From Eledone cirrhosa (lineage: Eukaryota): a DNA stretch of 64,000 bases. The translations under genes were made by a program, and so were the position numbers. The stretch's first letter is position 1. Each line of letters begins with the position of its first letter. The DNA is taken from positions 10,844 to 74,843 of the forward strand of contig CAXHJY010001308.1 in the NCBI GenBank assembly GCA_964016885.1, written 5' to 3'. The notes under the pieces are model-generated. The model did no database searches and was not told where the DNA came from. It saw only the letters and a list, made by a program, of their open reading frames with translations. Shown here one piece after another: positions 1 to 12,928 of this stretch.

Positions 1-56
1 ATAGCAAGTTCCACCTTCAGCTTAGAAATTTCTTGTTTCATCTTCTTCACCAAAAC
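1..56 (-). CDS. KIF9: KIF9-like coding exon 9, partial (neck coiled coil; gene continues beyond the window)
   Basis: ctttag|GTTTTG...; VLVKKMKQEISKLKVELA, in phase with exon 8 and similar to the KIF9 neck. Confidence 0.85.
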
Positions 57-1012
57 CTAAAGTAAACAGCAGATCATTCATTTGAAATTTTGGAGTTGTA
101 CTTGACTGGCAAGTGACTTGATCTGAGACCATGTCATCAACAAAATATCTTAGATTATATTACTGCTGCTTATTTTACAAACCCTATACACCTATTATAA
201 CATAAAGATAACACACCCATTTCTGTCTACTATATGTATATCATGCTTCAGTTTAGCCAATGACAAAGGTCTGTTTTGCTGTTGATGCTTGGCCTCAGGT
301 CACTTTAGTCAAACAGACCTATGATCAAAGAAATTAAAGCTGAGATCTGTCTGTCAGAGTTTTTTTTAGACATAATGTATCTAACACATTATCCAATGTA
401 TTTTGATAATGTCTTCTTTGTTAGAAAAAGATAGAGGTTCACGGAAAAGAAATGATTCTATATTGGCACCAACAGAAAAGAAAAGAGGTCTTCATTTTAT
501 CATTTTCTGCAGTGGCTTCATTATAAAAGAAGTATAGAAACTGGATTAAGATTTAACCACATGAATCCTTTCTGTTGTAACAGCTGAGTCAACATTGAAT
601 GTATAGTTCTCCCACTACCTCACACACACACAGACATGCACATATGCACAAACAAACACATTTTAAAATGCAATGTTTGTAAAATAGCCAAATACACACA
701 AGCAGTGATATAGCTTTGTGTGAATTGAAATATCCCAGGTCAGTGGTATGCAGATTAGGGAGAGATCCTTCTTCACATAATGTGCAGATTAAGATGGGAT
801 AGAGCATATTAGCCAAGTAAGAAGTAAGGGTAACTCACCATTAACTGCAACAAAATTTATTTCCTCACTAATGAATACAGAATGACCTACAGTATCACAT
901 ATTAAAATTCCCCCTAAAATCCAAGGAGTGGAAGATCACCAAATTGATTCAATTCCAAGAGTATATAAACTGCCAAGTTTTATACATTTTGGGCACTTGT
1001 GTTTCATAGATA

Positions 1013-1496
1013 TGTACAGCCACCGGAAATAACATCTGTGAAATATACAGCTCCATCTATCTGTTAGCTAGCTACCTCACTGTGAAACAAACAACCCTTA
1101 GAATCCACCAGAATAAACGCCTACGCAGCGACTAAACCTCAAACGATTATTTCTGTATAAATAGAGTGATTCCAAACACTTTCGTCAGTTGACATTTGGC
1201 AGAGTCAACCCGCGTATCGTTGTTCCTCGCCTCTGCCACGCTTGTCACTCACACACGCCTTGTACCTTGTATCATCGCTTCATGTGAAAATAAATAGCTG
1301 ATCGAAACTACATCTCTCGCCTTGCTTCGTCCTTTCAACTTGTGCTTTCGTCTGTTCATCCTTACCGTATGTGACAACAGTTCTTTTAAGGGCTATCTTC
1401 AGATACGATCAGACCAAATGCGATAACAGTCCTTTTAAGGACTATTCTCGGATCTGATTGGAAGTAGTGACCAGACTGACTAACCACGTCGCTACA
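1013..1496 (+). repeat. 5' LTR (484 bp)
   Basis: TGTACAGCC...CGCTACA; about 11 differences from the 3' LTR by eye. Confidence 0.95.
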
Positions 1497-1498
1497 AT

Positions 1499-1530
1499 TG
1501 GTGACCCCGACGTGATTCGAACGCGCAACC
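1499..1530 (+). other. Primer-binding site complementary to the tRNA-Trp 3' end (extended)
   Basis: TGGTGACCCCGACGTGATTCGAACGCGCAACC, 2 nt after the 5' LTR. Confidence 0.9.
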
Positions 1531-1555
1531 AGACAGCACCTGAGAAGATACCAAC

Positions 1556-2413
1556 ATGGACATGTCACAACCAACGACAGAGGCCGAGATTTCAGAGCTG
1601 CGGGCTATGATCAGAGAGCGAGCTGGTCAAATTAATGCCCTCTCAAATCAAGTAGAGAACCTGACCTTTCAAACACACCGGCGACGCAGCAACAGTCGAT
1701 CCAGGCCTTTTCACAGTCGAAGATCCAGAAGTCCCAGTCAAAATCATGTGTCTGGCAACCTCTGCTGGTATCACGCAAATTTCGGCCCACAGGCATCTAA
1801 GTGCAAAGCCCCGTGCTCTTTCCAGAATACCACCCAGGGCCTAGCGACGATGTTCACCCCTGGTACTGAAAAGAAAAGTCGTCTATTTTTTATTAACGAC
1901 CAAGCGACAGGCATCCGTTACCTCGTGGATACAGGAGCCCAGGTTAGTGTTATTCCTGTTTCACTAATCTCGGGCAAAAGACACCCAACACCGTCCTTTC
2001 TGCAGGCAGTGAACCGATCGTCAATTCCGACTTTTGGGGAAAAATCACTGACCCTCAATTTAGGCCTGAGGTGGCGTTTTCAATGGGTGTTCGTCGTGGC
2101 AGACCTGCCGACCCCTATCCTAGGAGCCGATTTTCTCCAGCACTTCAACCTTCTGGTGGATATGAAGAACCGGAGGCTTATTGACACCACCACAAACCTC
2201 ACTGTGAGAGGTATATTTACCACGCAATCCACAGTGAGCCATGTAATTTGCCAGTCAGAGTCTTCGCGGTACAACGGCATGCTCCAGAAATACCCAGACA
2301 TCACTCGCCCGGTATTTAAGGATGGTCCTATTAAACATAGTGTCACACACCACATCGAGACAAGAGGACCACCCACAGCTGCCGACCAAGGAGACTGCCT
2401 CCAGACCGATTGA
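1556..2413 (+). pseudogene. gag-pro: Truncated gag (NC region only) fused to aspartic protease
   Basis: RS-rich tract, CHCC knuckle, protease YLVDTGAQVSVIP and PILGADFL; only ~70 aa precede the knuckle. Confidence 0.85.
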
Positions 2414-3803
2414 GAATCGCCAAACAGGAGTTCCAACACATGCTGGACCTCGGAATCATTCGCCCTTCCTCCAGCAACTGGTCTGCACCCCTACACCTTG
2501 TTCCTAAAAAAAACGAAAATGATTGGCGACCATGTGGGGATTATCGTGCACTTAACAATTCTACAGTACCCGATAATTACCCTGTACCTCACCTGCACGA
2601 CTTTTCTGCCTCTCTGCAAGATGCACGCATCTTTTCCAAGATAGATTTGGTGTGTGCATATAACCAGATACCTATGGAGCCTGCAGATATTCCGAAGACC
2701 GCAATCACAATACCATTCGGTTTATTTGAATTCCTGCGAATGCCGTTCGGTCTGCGCAACACTGCACAAACTTTTCAGCGGTTTATTGACACCGTGTTAC
2801 ATGATCTACCCTTCGTATACGCATATATTGACGTGCTGGTAGCAAGTACTTCTGAGCAAGAACACGAGAAGCACTTAGATCTCCTTTTCCGACGTTTGGC
2901 TGAGTACGGTATTATCGTCAACCCCAGCAAGTGCCTTCTCGGCGTTTCTTCACTGTCCTTTCTCGAGCACATCATTGATAAAGACGGCATTCGTCCACTT
3001 CTCGAGAAAGTAGAAGCTATCCGCAGTTTTCCCGCACCTACATCACTTCGGAAACTGCGTGAATTCCTCAGTCTGGTGAATTTTATAGGCATTTCATCCC
3101 TCATTGTTCCGACGCACCCAGACTCCTCACGGACCTTCTTCGTAACCGGACTCGCAAAAACGAAGAGATCACTCTAAACAAGGAAGAATTAACATCTTTT
3201 AACTGCCTGAAGGAAATGTTGGCAAACGCTTCCATGCTCGTTTTCCCCAGGTCTGGCGCTCCTCATTCGCTGCTAGTGGACGCATCAGACACGGGGGTTG
3301 GATGCGTTTTACAACATGTCGACGGCGTTTGGCAACCCTTATCCTTCTTTTCTAAGCGGTTGCAGCCTGCAGAAACGAAATACAGTACGTTTGGCCGCGA
3401 ATTCTTGGCAACCTACCTTTCGGTTAAGCATTTTCGGCATATGCTCGAAGGGTCGGATTTCGTGATCTACACGGACCATAAACCACTAGTTTATGCGTTC
3501 CGTACCAAACCTGATCGACATTCACCGAGAGAACTCCGACACCTGGATTTTGTCTCCCAATATTCAACTGATATTCGGCATATCAAGGGATCAGACAACG
3601 TAGCAGCCGACGCCCTGTCCCGAATCCAGCTGAACGCAATACATGTGCATTCAGGCATCAACCTTCAACAGATCGCAGCTGACCAAGAGACTGACGAAGA
3701 GTTTATCAAGCTCCGAGATTCGCCATCTCTCAAGTTTCAGCAAGTTCCCACTCCTTCTTCTCCGGGACAAATTTGGTGCGACCTTTCTACCGGTCATGAA
3801 TGA
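2410..3803 (+). pseudogene. pol: Gypsy reverse transcriptase and RNase H, frameshifted
   Basis: [24 protein letters not shown]; catalytic YxDD reads YIDV; RNase H VDASD, YTDHKPL, NVAADALSR; split over two ORFs. Confidence 0.9.
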
Positions 3804-4935
3804 CCGTACGTACCACAGATGCATCGTCAACAAGTTTTTCCTGCTTTACACTGATTGTCTCACCCGAGCTACACAGAAACTCATCTCTGCTCGTTTTGTG
3901 TGGACTAACATTAACAAGGACGTGCGCGACTGGTCCAGGAGTTGCATTGCCTGCCAGAAAGGCAAAGTCCACAGACACATCAAAACTCCACTCGGCACAT
4001 TCGCGCAACCTAATGCACATTTTCATCATGTGCATATCGACATCGTCGGACCTCTACCTCCATCACAGAACTGCACACACTTGCTCACCTGCATAAATCG
4101 ATTTTCCCGTTGGCCTGAGGCTTTTCCCATAAGTGATACCTCAGCGGAAACAGTCGCTAAAACTTTGGTTTTACACTGGGTATCACGTTATGGCGCCCCA
4201 GCGAAGATAACAACGGACAGAGGACGCCAATTTGACTCCCACCTCTTCAGGGAACTGACTCGCCTGTTAGGATGTAAACACATCCGCACGACAGCTTATC
4301 ACCCGCAAGCTAATGGTCTCGTGGAAAGATTCCATCGCCAATTGAAAGCTGCAATAAAAGCATATCCAGACAAGACCCACTGGTTTGAATACCTACCACT
4401 CATCCTTCTGGGCATTCGATCCACCGTTAAGGAGGAATTCGGACACACACCTGCAGAATTAGTGTACGGCACCACCCTGGTTCTACCTGGTCAGATGGTT
4501 GTTCCCATCTCTCCTCAGGATGTTCCAGACCCAGAATCATATGTACACCGTCTTCGACAATATATGTCTCACCTTGCTCCTGCAAGCACCCGTCAACAGA
4601 ACACGGCCACACACGTACCTTCAGACATTAAAGATTGGACACACGTTTTCGTTCAAAACGACACCATCTCAGCTCATCTCCGACCTCCATATTCTGGCCC
4701 TTATCGTGTTCTAAAAAAATATCCGAAATATTTTATTCTCGATCAAGATGGTAAACAGAATTCTGTCAGCGTGGACAGATTAAAAAAAGCCATCATGGAT
4801 ACAGTTACAGTCTCTACACCAGAAACTCCAAAATATTGCTGTCCCAGAAAGCCACCTGTTTCATCTCCACTCACGAGAAGTGGACGACGTGTCCATTGGC
4901 CCGCCAAGTTGGCACAATATATGAATTACCGTTAA
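3800..4935 (+). pseudogene. pol: Gypsy integrase
   Basis: CIACQ zinc finger half, [39 protein letters not shown] module PPYSGPYRV. Confidence 0.9.
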
Positions 4936-5854
4936 CCTCAAGTGTGTTTCTTAATCATTCTTCTTGCAAAACATTTCCATTTTTCTGGTATTTACTATTT
5001 CCAGTTTCAAATACAATGAAATTTCTGCTTGAACAATTGCAATTTTTAGTGACCATGTGCTCATGTCACGAAGAACATTATTTATTATGAACATTATCTA
5101 TTACAAACACTATTTAAGAACAAACATTGTGCATAACATTTTTTTTCTTCTCTCTCTTGTTTTGCAAAAATTTTTATTTTTCTTGTTCTGTAACATTGAT
5201 TGTGTAATTGCCATAATTTTTATATACATACAAGGCGTGTACATATTCTGTTTTTCATGCACACTACAAAACCACGTTTGTTTCACCTTTTGGTTCATAC
5301 ACTGAGCAATAGATATTTTTGTCCCTCTAACTCTTACACTACAAAATGTTTCTCTTTAATCACACATTTCACAAATCACATCCTCAAAACACTGGCCTTC
5401 TTTTTTCATGTACACATTGACTCAATAGCTCGAGAATGCCTCACTATTTTTTTACCACATGCATTCGCTCAAGTCATATGCTGTGGAGCAAACTGTTACT
5501 TTTAGGCAGCATGCTTATGGCCATTCAGTTCACACATTACAGTTATCTTCACTGCCCAGTTAGACTTTTTGTCACGCAATTCACAGGCAGCTCAACCCAA
5601 ACTGCAACAGGCTCATTTATCACGCCTGCATAAATCTGATCAAAGTCATTTTATAGTTTATTTCTTTTTTCTCTTCCTGACACACACATCTTGCCATATC
5701 ATCTCTACATCGACTCTGTCCTATACTTGATGATCACAAAATTTCACAACGTGCTGAACACTCCTTGGGCTATTGTCATGACATATGCACCACTGGCCCA
5801 TTACTATATGATATTTCGCTCTTTTGTTGTACAAAAGATCTGGCAGGGGGCTAA

Positions 5855-6337
5855 TGTACAGCCACCGGAAATAACATCTGTGAAATATACAGCTCCATCT
5901 ATCTGTTAGTTAGCTAACTCACCGTGAAACAAACAACCCTTAGAATCCACTAGAATAAACGCCTACGCAGCGACTAAACCTCAAACGATTATTTCTGTAT
6001 CAATAGAGTGATTCCAAACACTTTCGTCAGTTGACATTTGGCAGAGTCAACCCGCGTATCGTTGTTCCTCGCCTCTGCCACGCTTGTCACTCACACACGC
6101 CTTGTACCTTGTATCATCGCTTCATGTGAAAACAAATAGCTGATCGAAACTACACCTCTCACCTTGCTCGTTCTTTCAACTTGTGCTTTCGTCTGTTCAT
6201 CCTTACCGTATGTGACAACAGTTCTTTTAAGGGCTATCTTCAGATACGATCAGACCAAATGCGATAACAGTCCTTTTAAGGACTATTCTCGGATCTGATC
6301 GGAAGTAGTGACCAGACTGACTAACCACGTCGCTACA
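5855..6337 (+). repeat. 3' LTR (483 bp)
   Basis: Direct repeat of 1013-1496, preceded by the PPT. Confidence 0.95.
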
Positions 6338-6547
6338 GATATTCTATCCTATTTAATAATAATATATGCAATGAATCATTCTAATTACTCATATATTACA
6401 AATATAAAGCATATAATGAAATTGATGCAAGTGTGGGTAAGAATGAATAAATTGCAATTTATTTTAGCTTCTTTACTCTGGTGGGCAATGAGTGGAGTAT
6501 CTAAAAGTAGATTATTATTTGAAAAGGGCTCATGTTAATATCTATCA

Positions 6548-8945
6548 ATAATAATGATAATAATAATGAAAATATTGTGTACAGTGCTCAGGTGCACTAC
6601 AACTCATCAAAAGTGTATGTATAGTACATAGGGTAATGTACAAACGTCAGGAAAATGAACAGTGCAAGAGTCATGATATACACATGTGTGCGTGTGTATG
6701 GAAGGGGTACATCAGGTGTAGTTTTGGCGTATTTCAGGAAGCATGAGGGTTTTAAAGGATGCAGTGTCTCGGCAGCTAACAACTGACGCAGGCAGTTTGT
6801 TCCATGCTTCAGCAACTCTAAGCGTGAAAAAATGTTTCCGAAAGTCATGGGAGCTGTGCTGTTTTCTGATTTTGTAGGCATGTCCACGTGTGTTAGACAC
6901 ATGGAGATCAAAAAGGTGCTCAGGGTTGTTGTTGGCAAGATGGTTAATAACTTTGTGGGTGTTTACCAAGTCCATTGCCAGACATCGGAGTTTCAATGAA
7001 TCCATGCCCAAGGAAGCAAGGCATTCAGAGTATGGTAGGTGTCTGATGGCGGGTATGCGCTTGGTTGCACGTCCCTGAACAGTTTCCAGGAGGTCAATGT
7101 TCTGAGCAAGACTGATGATGCAAATTCCAAGTGTGGTCGTACCATAGCTGTATACAGCTTTAAATAGATGGTTGGAGAGCGGCTAACAAAGGTCTTGCAG
7201 AGTGATGCCAAGACACCCTCGGCCTTCTTGACAATCTTAGAGACATGCTTTGTCCAATGCAAATCGCTGCTGACAGTAATGCCCAGGTCACGTTCACAAG
7301 AGGACTTCTTCATATCAGTGTTGTGGAGGGAGTATGTGGACGCTGGATTTTTCCTCCCAAAATGCATGGTGGTACACTTGTCCACAGCCAGCTTCAGTTG
7401 CCAGTCTGTGATCCATTGCTGCATTGTGTCCAGGTCTGATTGTAGGAAAGAGTTGTAGATTTCAGGATCAGTCCTTTTGATTTCAAGGTACAGTTTGATG
7501 TCATCTGCATATTTCAGTACTGTGGTATTCTTTAAGTTGGCATCTATGTCATTAATATATGCCACAAACAAAAGGGGACCAAGAACAGATCCCTGTGGTA
7601 CACCAGATGACATCACATATGGTGAAGAATGCTGTCCTAGAACCGTGACTACCTCTTTTTCGGCTGAGAATGAAGGATTTCAACCAGTTAAAAAGATCAT
7701 CCCTCACACCCATTGCAGAGAGTTTCACCATAAGTCTTTTGTGTGGCACAGAATTAAAAGCCTTAGCGAAGTCAAGGTAAACAACATCCACCCATGAACC
7801 GTTGTCAGTGATCCGGGTAATGTCTTCAAGGAACTCGATAAGCTGATTACAGCAGCTGGAGTTAGGGATAAATCCAAATTGCAAGGACTGGATGAGGCTG
7901 TGAGAGCTCCAGAAATTCCAAAGTGTTTCTCTGACACAGGATTCCATTAGTTTGGCAATACAGCTAGTAAGACTGACTGGAGCGTGAGGTCTCTGCTTTG
8001 AATGTACATATTTCCAGAACACCTTACTGTCAGGATTGGTTGATATGCACTGTTCAAATTCAAGCACTGCCTTTTTTGTCACTTGCTTGAGATGGTTGGA
8101 AGATTTATTCTGCTTTTTTCTGTTGGTATCTGATTTATGCAGTTTATATTCCCGTTCAGCGTTCCAACATTCTTTCCTGGCAAGTCGGACAACTGAAGTT
8201 TCTCAAATTGTACTTTTGGGGTAGTTTTCTTTCTGCTTACGTGGCACTGATGCTGCACACGCTATCCATTTTGAGTCCAGGATGCTCTGGAGTATAGTGT
8301 TCACATCTCCAGAGTTATAGAACTCATACTAGTTTGGGCGCTGTAGCTCAGTGCAGTACAAGTTCCAATCTGCTTTCTTCCAATCAAAGCAAACAGATTG
8401 GAGATGGTTCTGGTTTTTGTTGCTGCCCGCAACAGCCAGATTGGCAATAATCATAGCATGATCAGAGTCGCCTAGAGGTTCCTCAGTAGTACAACTGATA
8501 ACCACTTCAGGAGTAGTGGTGAAGATCAGGTCCAAAGTGTTGTCACCTCTTGTTGGAGAGGTGACTACTTGTGACCAGTTTGAGTCCAGCACTAGCTCAA
8601 GGAAATCGTTTGCACTTTGTGGTCAACGAAAGGTTTCCCAATCGATTTCAGGATGATTGAAGTCACCTGCAATAAACACATAAGTGGCTGTTTTCCTGGC
8701 AGCAGCTCTGAGGATATCGCAAAGCTGTGTGTCCTGATGGTAATTTGGGGGTCGATAAACAACACCAAACAGAAGTGTTGACATGGTCATACGTATGTCA
8801 CAGAAATAAACTTCTTCTTGTGATTCGTTCAAATCAACGCAAGGAATTACTGAAAAGTTTGAACGAATGTAGACCATCACACCACCACCACGGCGATTAA
8901 TGCGGTCCCTGTGGAACAGGTTGTACCCAGTAAAAGTTGTCTTTG
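6548..8945 (-). mobile_element. CR1-type LINE, 5'-truncated and decayed
   Basis: APE motifs RRGGGVMVY, AGDFNHPEIDW, PTRGDNTLDL, SDH; RT motifs VYLDFAKAF, GVPQGSVLGPLLF, YADD, VRPHLEF; CR1-like C-terminus TRGH...FFTLRVAEAWNKLP; (TTA)n tail at ~6548-6570. Confidence 0.9.
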
Positions 8946-9327
8946 TTCTTTTAATCCTTGAAATATTTTCAAACAAGTTAGTTTGAGAGATCATAAGAAC
9001 TTCTGTGTAGTGAAAACCATATTCTCACTGTTTCAATCTAAGAACTGAAAATCAGTTTAAAAAATAGGAAAATAAACTTGGTCAAAAGAGCCTTACATGA
9101 TAATAGCCAAGATGAAAATACCAGTTTGTATCAAGAGCCATCAAAAGTCAACAGCTCCAAAAAATTGCCAAGTTTGCTATGGAAGAAGGAAGTCATGAGG
9201 AAGCTAATATAATGTAATGCAATTGATATGTACACAAAATGTGCAACTGCACTAGATACACTAACATCAAAGAGGTGTTATTAAACAGTAGTAAAACAAT
9301 ATTTGTATCTATAATTAAAGAGATTAC

Positions 9328-9405
9328 CTTATGGTCATCATATTTATTAACAGTAGGAACCATAGGGACACACATCATTCGTGTAGCAAATCGAAGGGTT
9401 GATAT
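9328..9405 (-). CDS. KIF9: KIF9-like coding exon 8 (end of motor domain)
   Basis: tcacag|ATATCA...CATAAG|gtaatc; ISTLRFATRMMCVPMVPTVNKYDDHK; 78 bp. Confidence 0.93.
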
Positions 9406-9580
9406 CTGTGAAAGAGATGTAATAATCATCATCATTAACATTGAGTAAGAATGAATAAATTGTATTATCAATTTTACCCTCTTTACTCTGGTGGGCAATG
9501 AGAAAGTAAGATATGGCTATTTGAACCATATATAAAGGATCTAAAAGTAGATTATTATTTGTTCAGTATGAGTAAGCCAT

Positions 9581-9888
9581 GAAGGCACATGGCTTAGTGG
9601 TTAAAGCATTGGGCTTGCAATTGAAAGGTTGTGATTTCGATTCTCGGACCAGGTGATGCATTGTGTCCTTGAGCAAGAGACTTTATTTCACGTTGCTCCA
9701 GTTTACTCAGCTGTAGAAATGAGTATCAACCATAGCCTTTCCCTTGGACATCATCGATGGTGTGGAGAGGGGAGGCTGGTATGCATGGGTGACTGCTGGT
9801 CTTCCACAAACAACCTTGCCCGGACTTGTGCCTCGGAGGGAAACTTTCTAGTAGCAAATCAAATGGTCCTTCGTAACTGAAGGGGGTG
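9581..9888 (+). mobile_element. tRNA-derived SINE
   Basis: Box A TGGCTTAGTGG, box B-like GATTTCGATTC, central gtgtccttgagcaagagact domain; ATGAGTAA on both flanks. Confidence 0.75.
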
Positions 9889-10771
9889 TTCAATGAGTAA
9901 ACCTTTCATTAATATCCTATCTACAAAACATTAGTGTTGATCTCTCTTTCCTTACCATATTTCTAATGAAAGACACTGTGCTTATGATTTTCAAATAATT
10001 TAGAAAGTAACCAAGAACTTCAAGTGATTTAGTAATGTAACTAACTTTATTAAACTACTGTTTGGAGCATAACTTAACAAATTTTCTTTACATAAAATTA
10101 TCATGGAAGGTTTTTAGTTAAATATAAACACTTTAAAACAGTTTTGTATCATGAAACTAGGGCCAGTTTTTGATGGTTTAGTACCAGAAGAGTTAAATAG
10201 AGCAGTACTAGATCAATCAACAAACAGCAAACTTAATTCTTAACATCCTACAATGATTCAGTTGAAATTATCTAAAAAGTGGTTTGTTAATTCAAATGTT
10301 TATAGTAGCTATAAAGATACTATGTAGTATCTTAACTAGCTCATCATCATCCTTCTTCCTTTTATGTCCACTTTTTTCATGCTTGCATGGGTGGGCATGA
10401 TAATGGTGATGATGTATGTTGTGCTAGTGATGGTTTTTTTGGCAAAGTGTTTTGGTTGGATGCCCTTCCTATCTCCAACCATTTTACAGCATGGACTAAG
10501 TGCATTATATCATGCTACCAAAACCAGAGAAGTTGTTCAACAGAATTTAAGTGCCCTCTGTATCTTGTGTCAGTTTTTATTCACAATGCCTTTACTAACA
10601 ACTTACAGAGTTCACATCATTTGCAGTAAACCAAAGAAGAGATTTTAATGTGATGCAGTCAAAATGCTACTTTGTACTTTTCAAGAATGCCTTGCTAATA
10701 TGCGGTTTGATGCAGCGCATGATGCTAAGAACTATGAGATTTATTTATTTATATATATATTTATTACTTAC

Positions 10772-10984
10772 TGTTTCTTCAATTTGCTGTAGTTCTCCCC
10801 AAACATTTGCAATAAGCACAGTATTACTGTGTCCTCCAATGGAATCCTTCAGAAAGTGCGTCAACTTTGACTGACGAAATGGTATGTGTTCTCTCTTTTT
10901 GTCCGCCATTGCTACAACGACTTGTTCCAAAAATGACAAAGATTTATTAATGTACAACGCTTCCGCTTGAGTCTTTGCAGCTGA
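10772..10984 (-). CDS. KIF9: KIF9-like coding exon 7
   Basis: accag|TCAGCT...GAAACA|gtaagt; SAAKTQAEALYINKSLSFLEQVVVAMADKKREHIPFRQSKLTHFLKDSIGG...QIEET; 213 bp. Confidence 0.95.
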
Positions 10985-11159
10985 CTGGTTCCAGAATGGA
11001 GATTGAAAGGTAGGAAAAATGAAAAGAGAGAAACTAGAAGAATTATTCAGTTAAGTGATAAACCTGGGCTCAGTCAAGCAGAATATCAATAACGAGTCTG
11101 TAAATACACAATGAAAGAGTTTGAGACTTCAAAATGTATGTTATTAGAATTACAATAAA

Positions 11160-11822
11160 ATAATTCTTTCTAATATTAGTACAAGGTCAGCAATTTGAGG
11201 GAAGGGAAAAGTTGATTATATCAATGCCAATACATAACTGGTGTTTATTTTATTGATCCCAGTTGAATGAAAGCAAACTTGACCTCTGCAGAATTTGAAC
11301 TGAGACTGTAGAAAGTCATAACTAAATACCACAAAGTGTTCTGTCTGATGTTCTACTGATAATGCCAATCCACTGTCCTTGATATTTAAATGGTTAAAGC
11401 ACTAGAGTGATATTCTAGAGATGTTTGGCTGCTATTTCTAGTGTCTGCACAGAAGCTTCCTTCAATGGTATGTAATTAATTGTGTTGCAAATAATTCTTT
11501 CTAACATTGGCATAAGGCCTGCAATTTTGGAGAAAGGGAAAGTCGATTATATCAACCCAGTATTTAACTGGTACTTTATTTTATTGACACCTTAATTGTG
11601 CTTCAAATAATTTTCTACTTTAAGTACAAGGCCAACAATTAGAAGGGGAGGCGAAAGTCGATTAAATGAACCCCAGTGCATTACTTGTGCTTTATTTTAT
11701 TGACCTCGTAAGGATGAAAGGCAAAGCTAACCTCGGTGAGATTTGAACTCAGAATGTAAAGGGCCGTAGCTATATGCTGCAAAGCATGGTGTCTGCTGCT
11801 CTATTGATACTGCCAATCCACA
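11160..11822 (-). mobile_element. Cluster of 2-3 copies of an abundant tRNA-derived SINE
   Basis: Recurrent ctggtactttattttat.gaccc...gatgaaaggcaaag...gatttgaactcaga motif seen throughout the window. Confidence 0.75.
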
Positions 11823-12029
11823 AATAATGCTACAAATAATGATTGTTAAAGCATATAAACAAGGTGCTTGATAAGTGTTAATATTTTAAAGTGTTATTTT
11901 GTCTTAACCTAATTAATATTGACTTCCTTCCCAAACTGTGTCAGTCAGAAACATCTTTCCTGTTTCAAAAGCTGTTATTGTAAACCTACTCCCATCTAGA
12001 TAATTGTAAATTTGAACTCCCTTCATCAT

Positions 12030-12435
12030 TATCATTATCATCATCATCATTTTAAGTCTGCCTTTCCCTGCTTGCAAGGGTGGGGCGGGTCCTATTCAGC
12101 ACAGCATCTCTCCATTGTCATCTCCACCATGAACTTTAGCGATCTGAGGTCAGCTCTCACCACCTCCACCCATGATTTTCGTGGTCTTCCTCTATTGTGT
12201 CTTCCGTCCACTGGGATTTCTTGGCACTTCTTTACCCAGCGGTCATCCTCCATGCGCATCACATGTCCATACCAACGCAGTCTTCTCTCCCGCACACTAC
12301 AGCTTATCCCTCTTATACAGTTTCTCTCTCAACTCGTCTATGCTTGGTTGTTCACACACATTGACATTGCACATCCATCGGAGCATGCTTGCTTCATTTC
12401 TCTCGTCGCATATCCTCCACAGTTGCGCTGCCCTG
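12030..12435 (-). mobile_element. RTE-type LINE 3' fragment
   Basis: ERNEASMLRWMC and RRLRWYGHVMR...GRPRKSW; (GAT)n tail; homologous to the end of the 53068-54850 ORF. Confidence 0.8.
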
Positions 12436-12928
12436 GTATTTGAAACATAAAAATTAAAAGAAACATTTTCCAGGCAACTCAAGCTTTTACTAAACCCTAC
12501 AGGTAATGGATAAATGCATGCAGTACACTCTGTAAAGTGGTTGGAGATAGGAAGGGCATCCAGCTGTAAAAAACCTGTCAAACAAAAGGTCAGAAAGACT
12601 CTACAGCTCTATCAAAGACTTCCATAGTGGTGGTGCCACAATAAGAAGCACTTGGTATAGCACAGGATCATATGTTGGCTCCCTGGCCCAGTGCAGCAAT
12701 CGATAACAAAGTATAGAAACATATGCAAGTGGGATGCATGCCCACTTGAAGTTCAGTGGCTTAGCTTAAATTCTAACTTGGTCAGTAACATCATATCAAA
12801 TTTTTGCTAACAGAGATAATGGATGTTAAACTATGAGGAAGATGATGATGACAATGATGATGATGATGATGGTGATGATGAAATGGCAAAAAGCAAACTA
12901 GAAAACAAATTCAATAAAATGAACCCAC

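Larger units (their letters stand above)
1013..6337 (+). mobile_element. Gypsy/Ty3 LTR retrotransposon, CsRn1-like, both LTRs present but coding region decayed; in KIF9 intron 8
   Basis: TG...CA LTRs 1013-1496 and 5855-6337; TSD GATA (1009-1012, 6338-6341); tRNA-Trp PBS; PPT GGCAGGGGG; order gag-PR-RT-RH-IN; CHCC knuckle CWYHANFGPQASKCKAPC. Confidence 0.95.

Noticed and set aside
839-886. 48-bp exon-like segment on the minus strand (ctgtag|...|gtgagt) in KIF9 intron 8
   Set aside because: Weak polypyrimidine tract, a TAA stop in the required phase and no kinesin similarity; exon 8 joins the exon at 1-56 cleanly. A poison exon cannot be excluded without RNA-seq.
1499-1530. tRNA-Trp gene on the minus strand
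   Set aside because: Only the 3' ~32 nt including an encoded CCA, placed right after an LTR; it is a PBS
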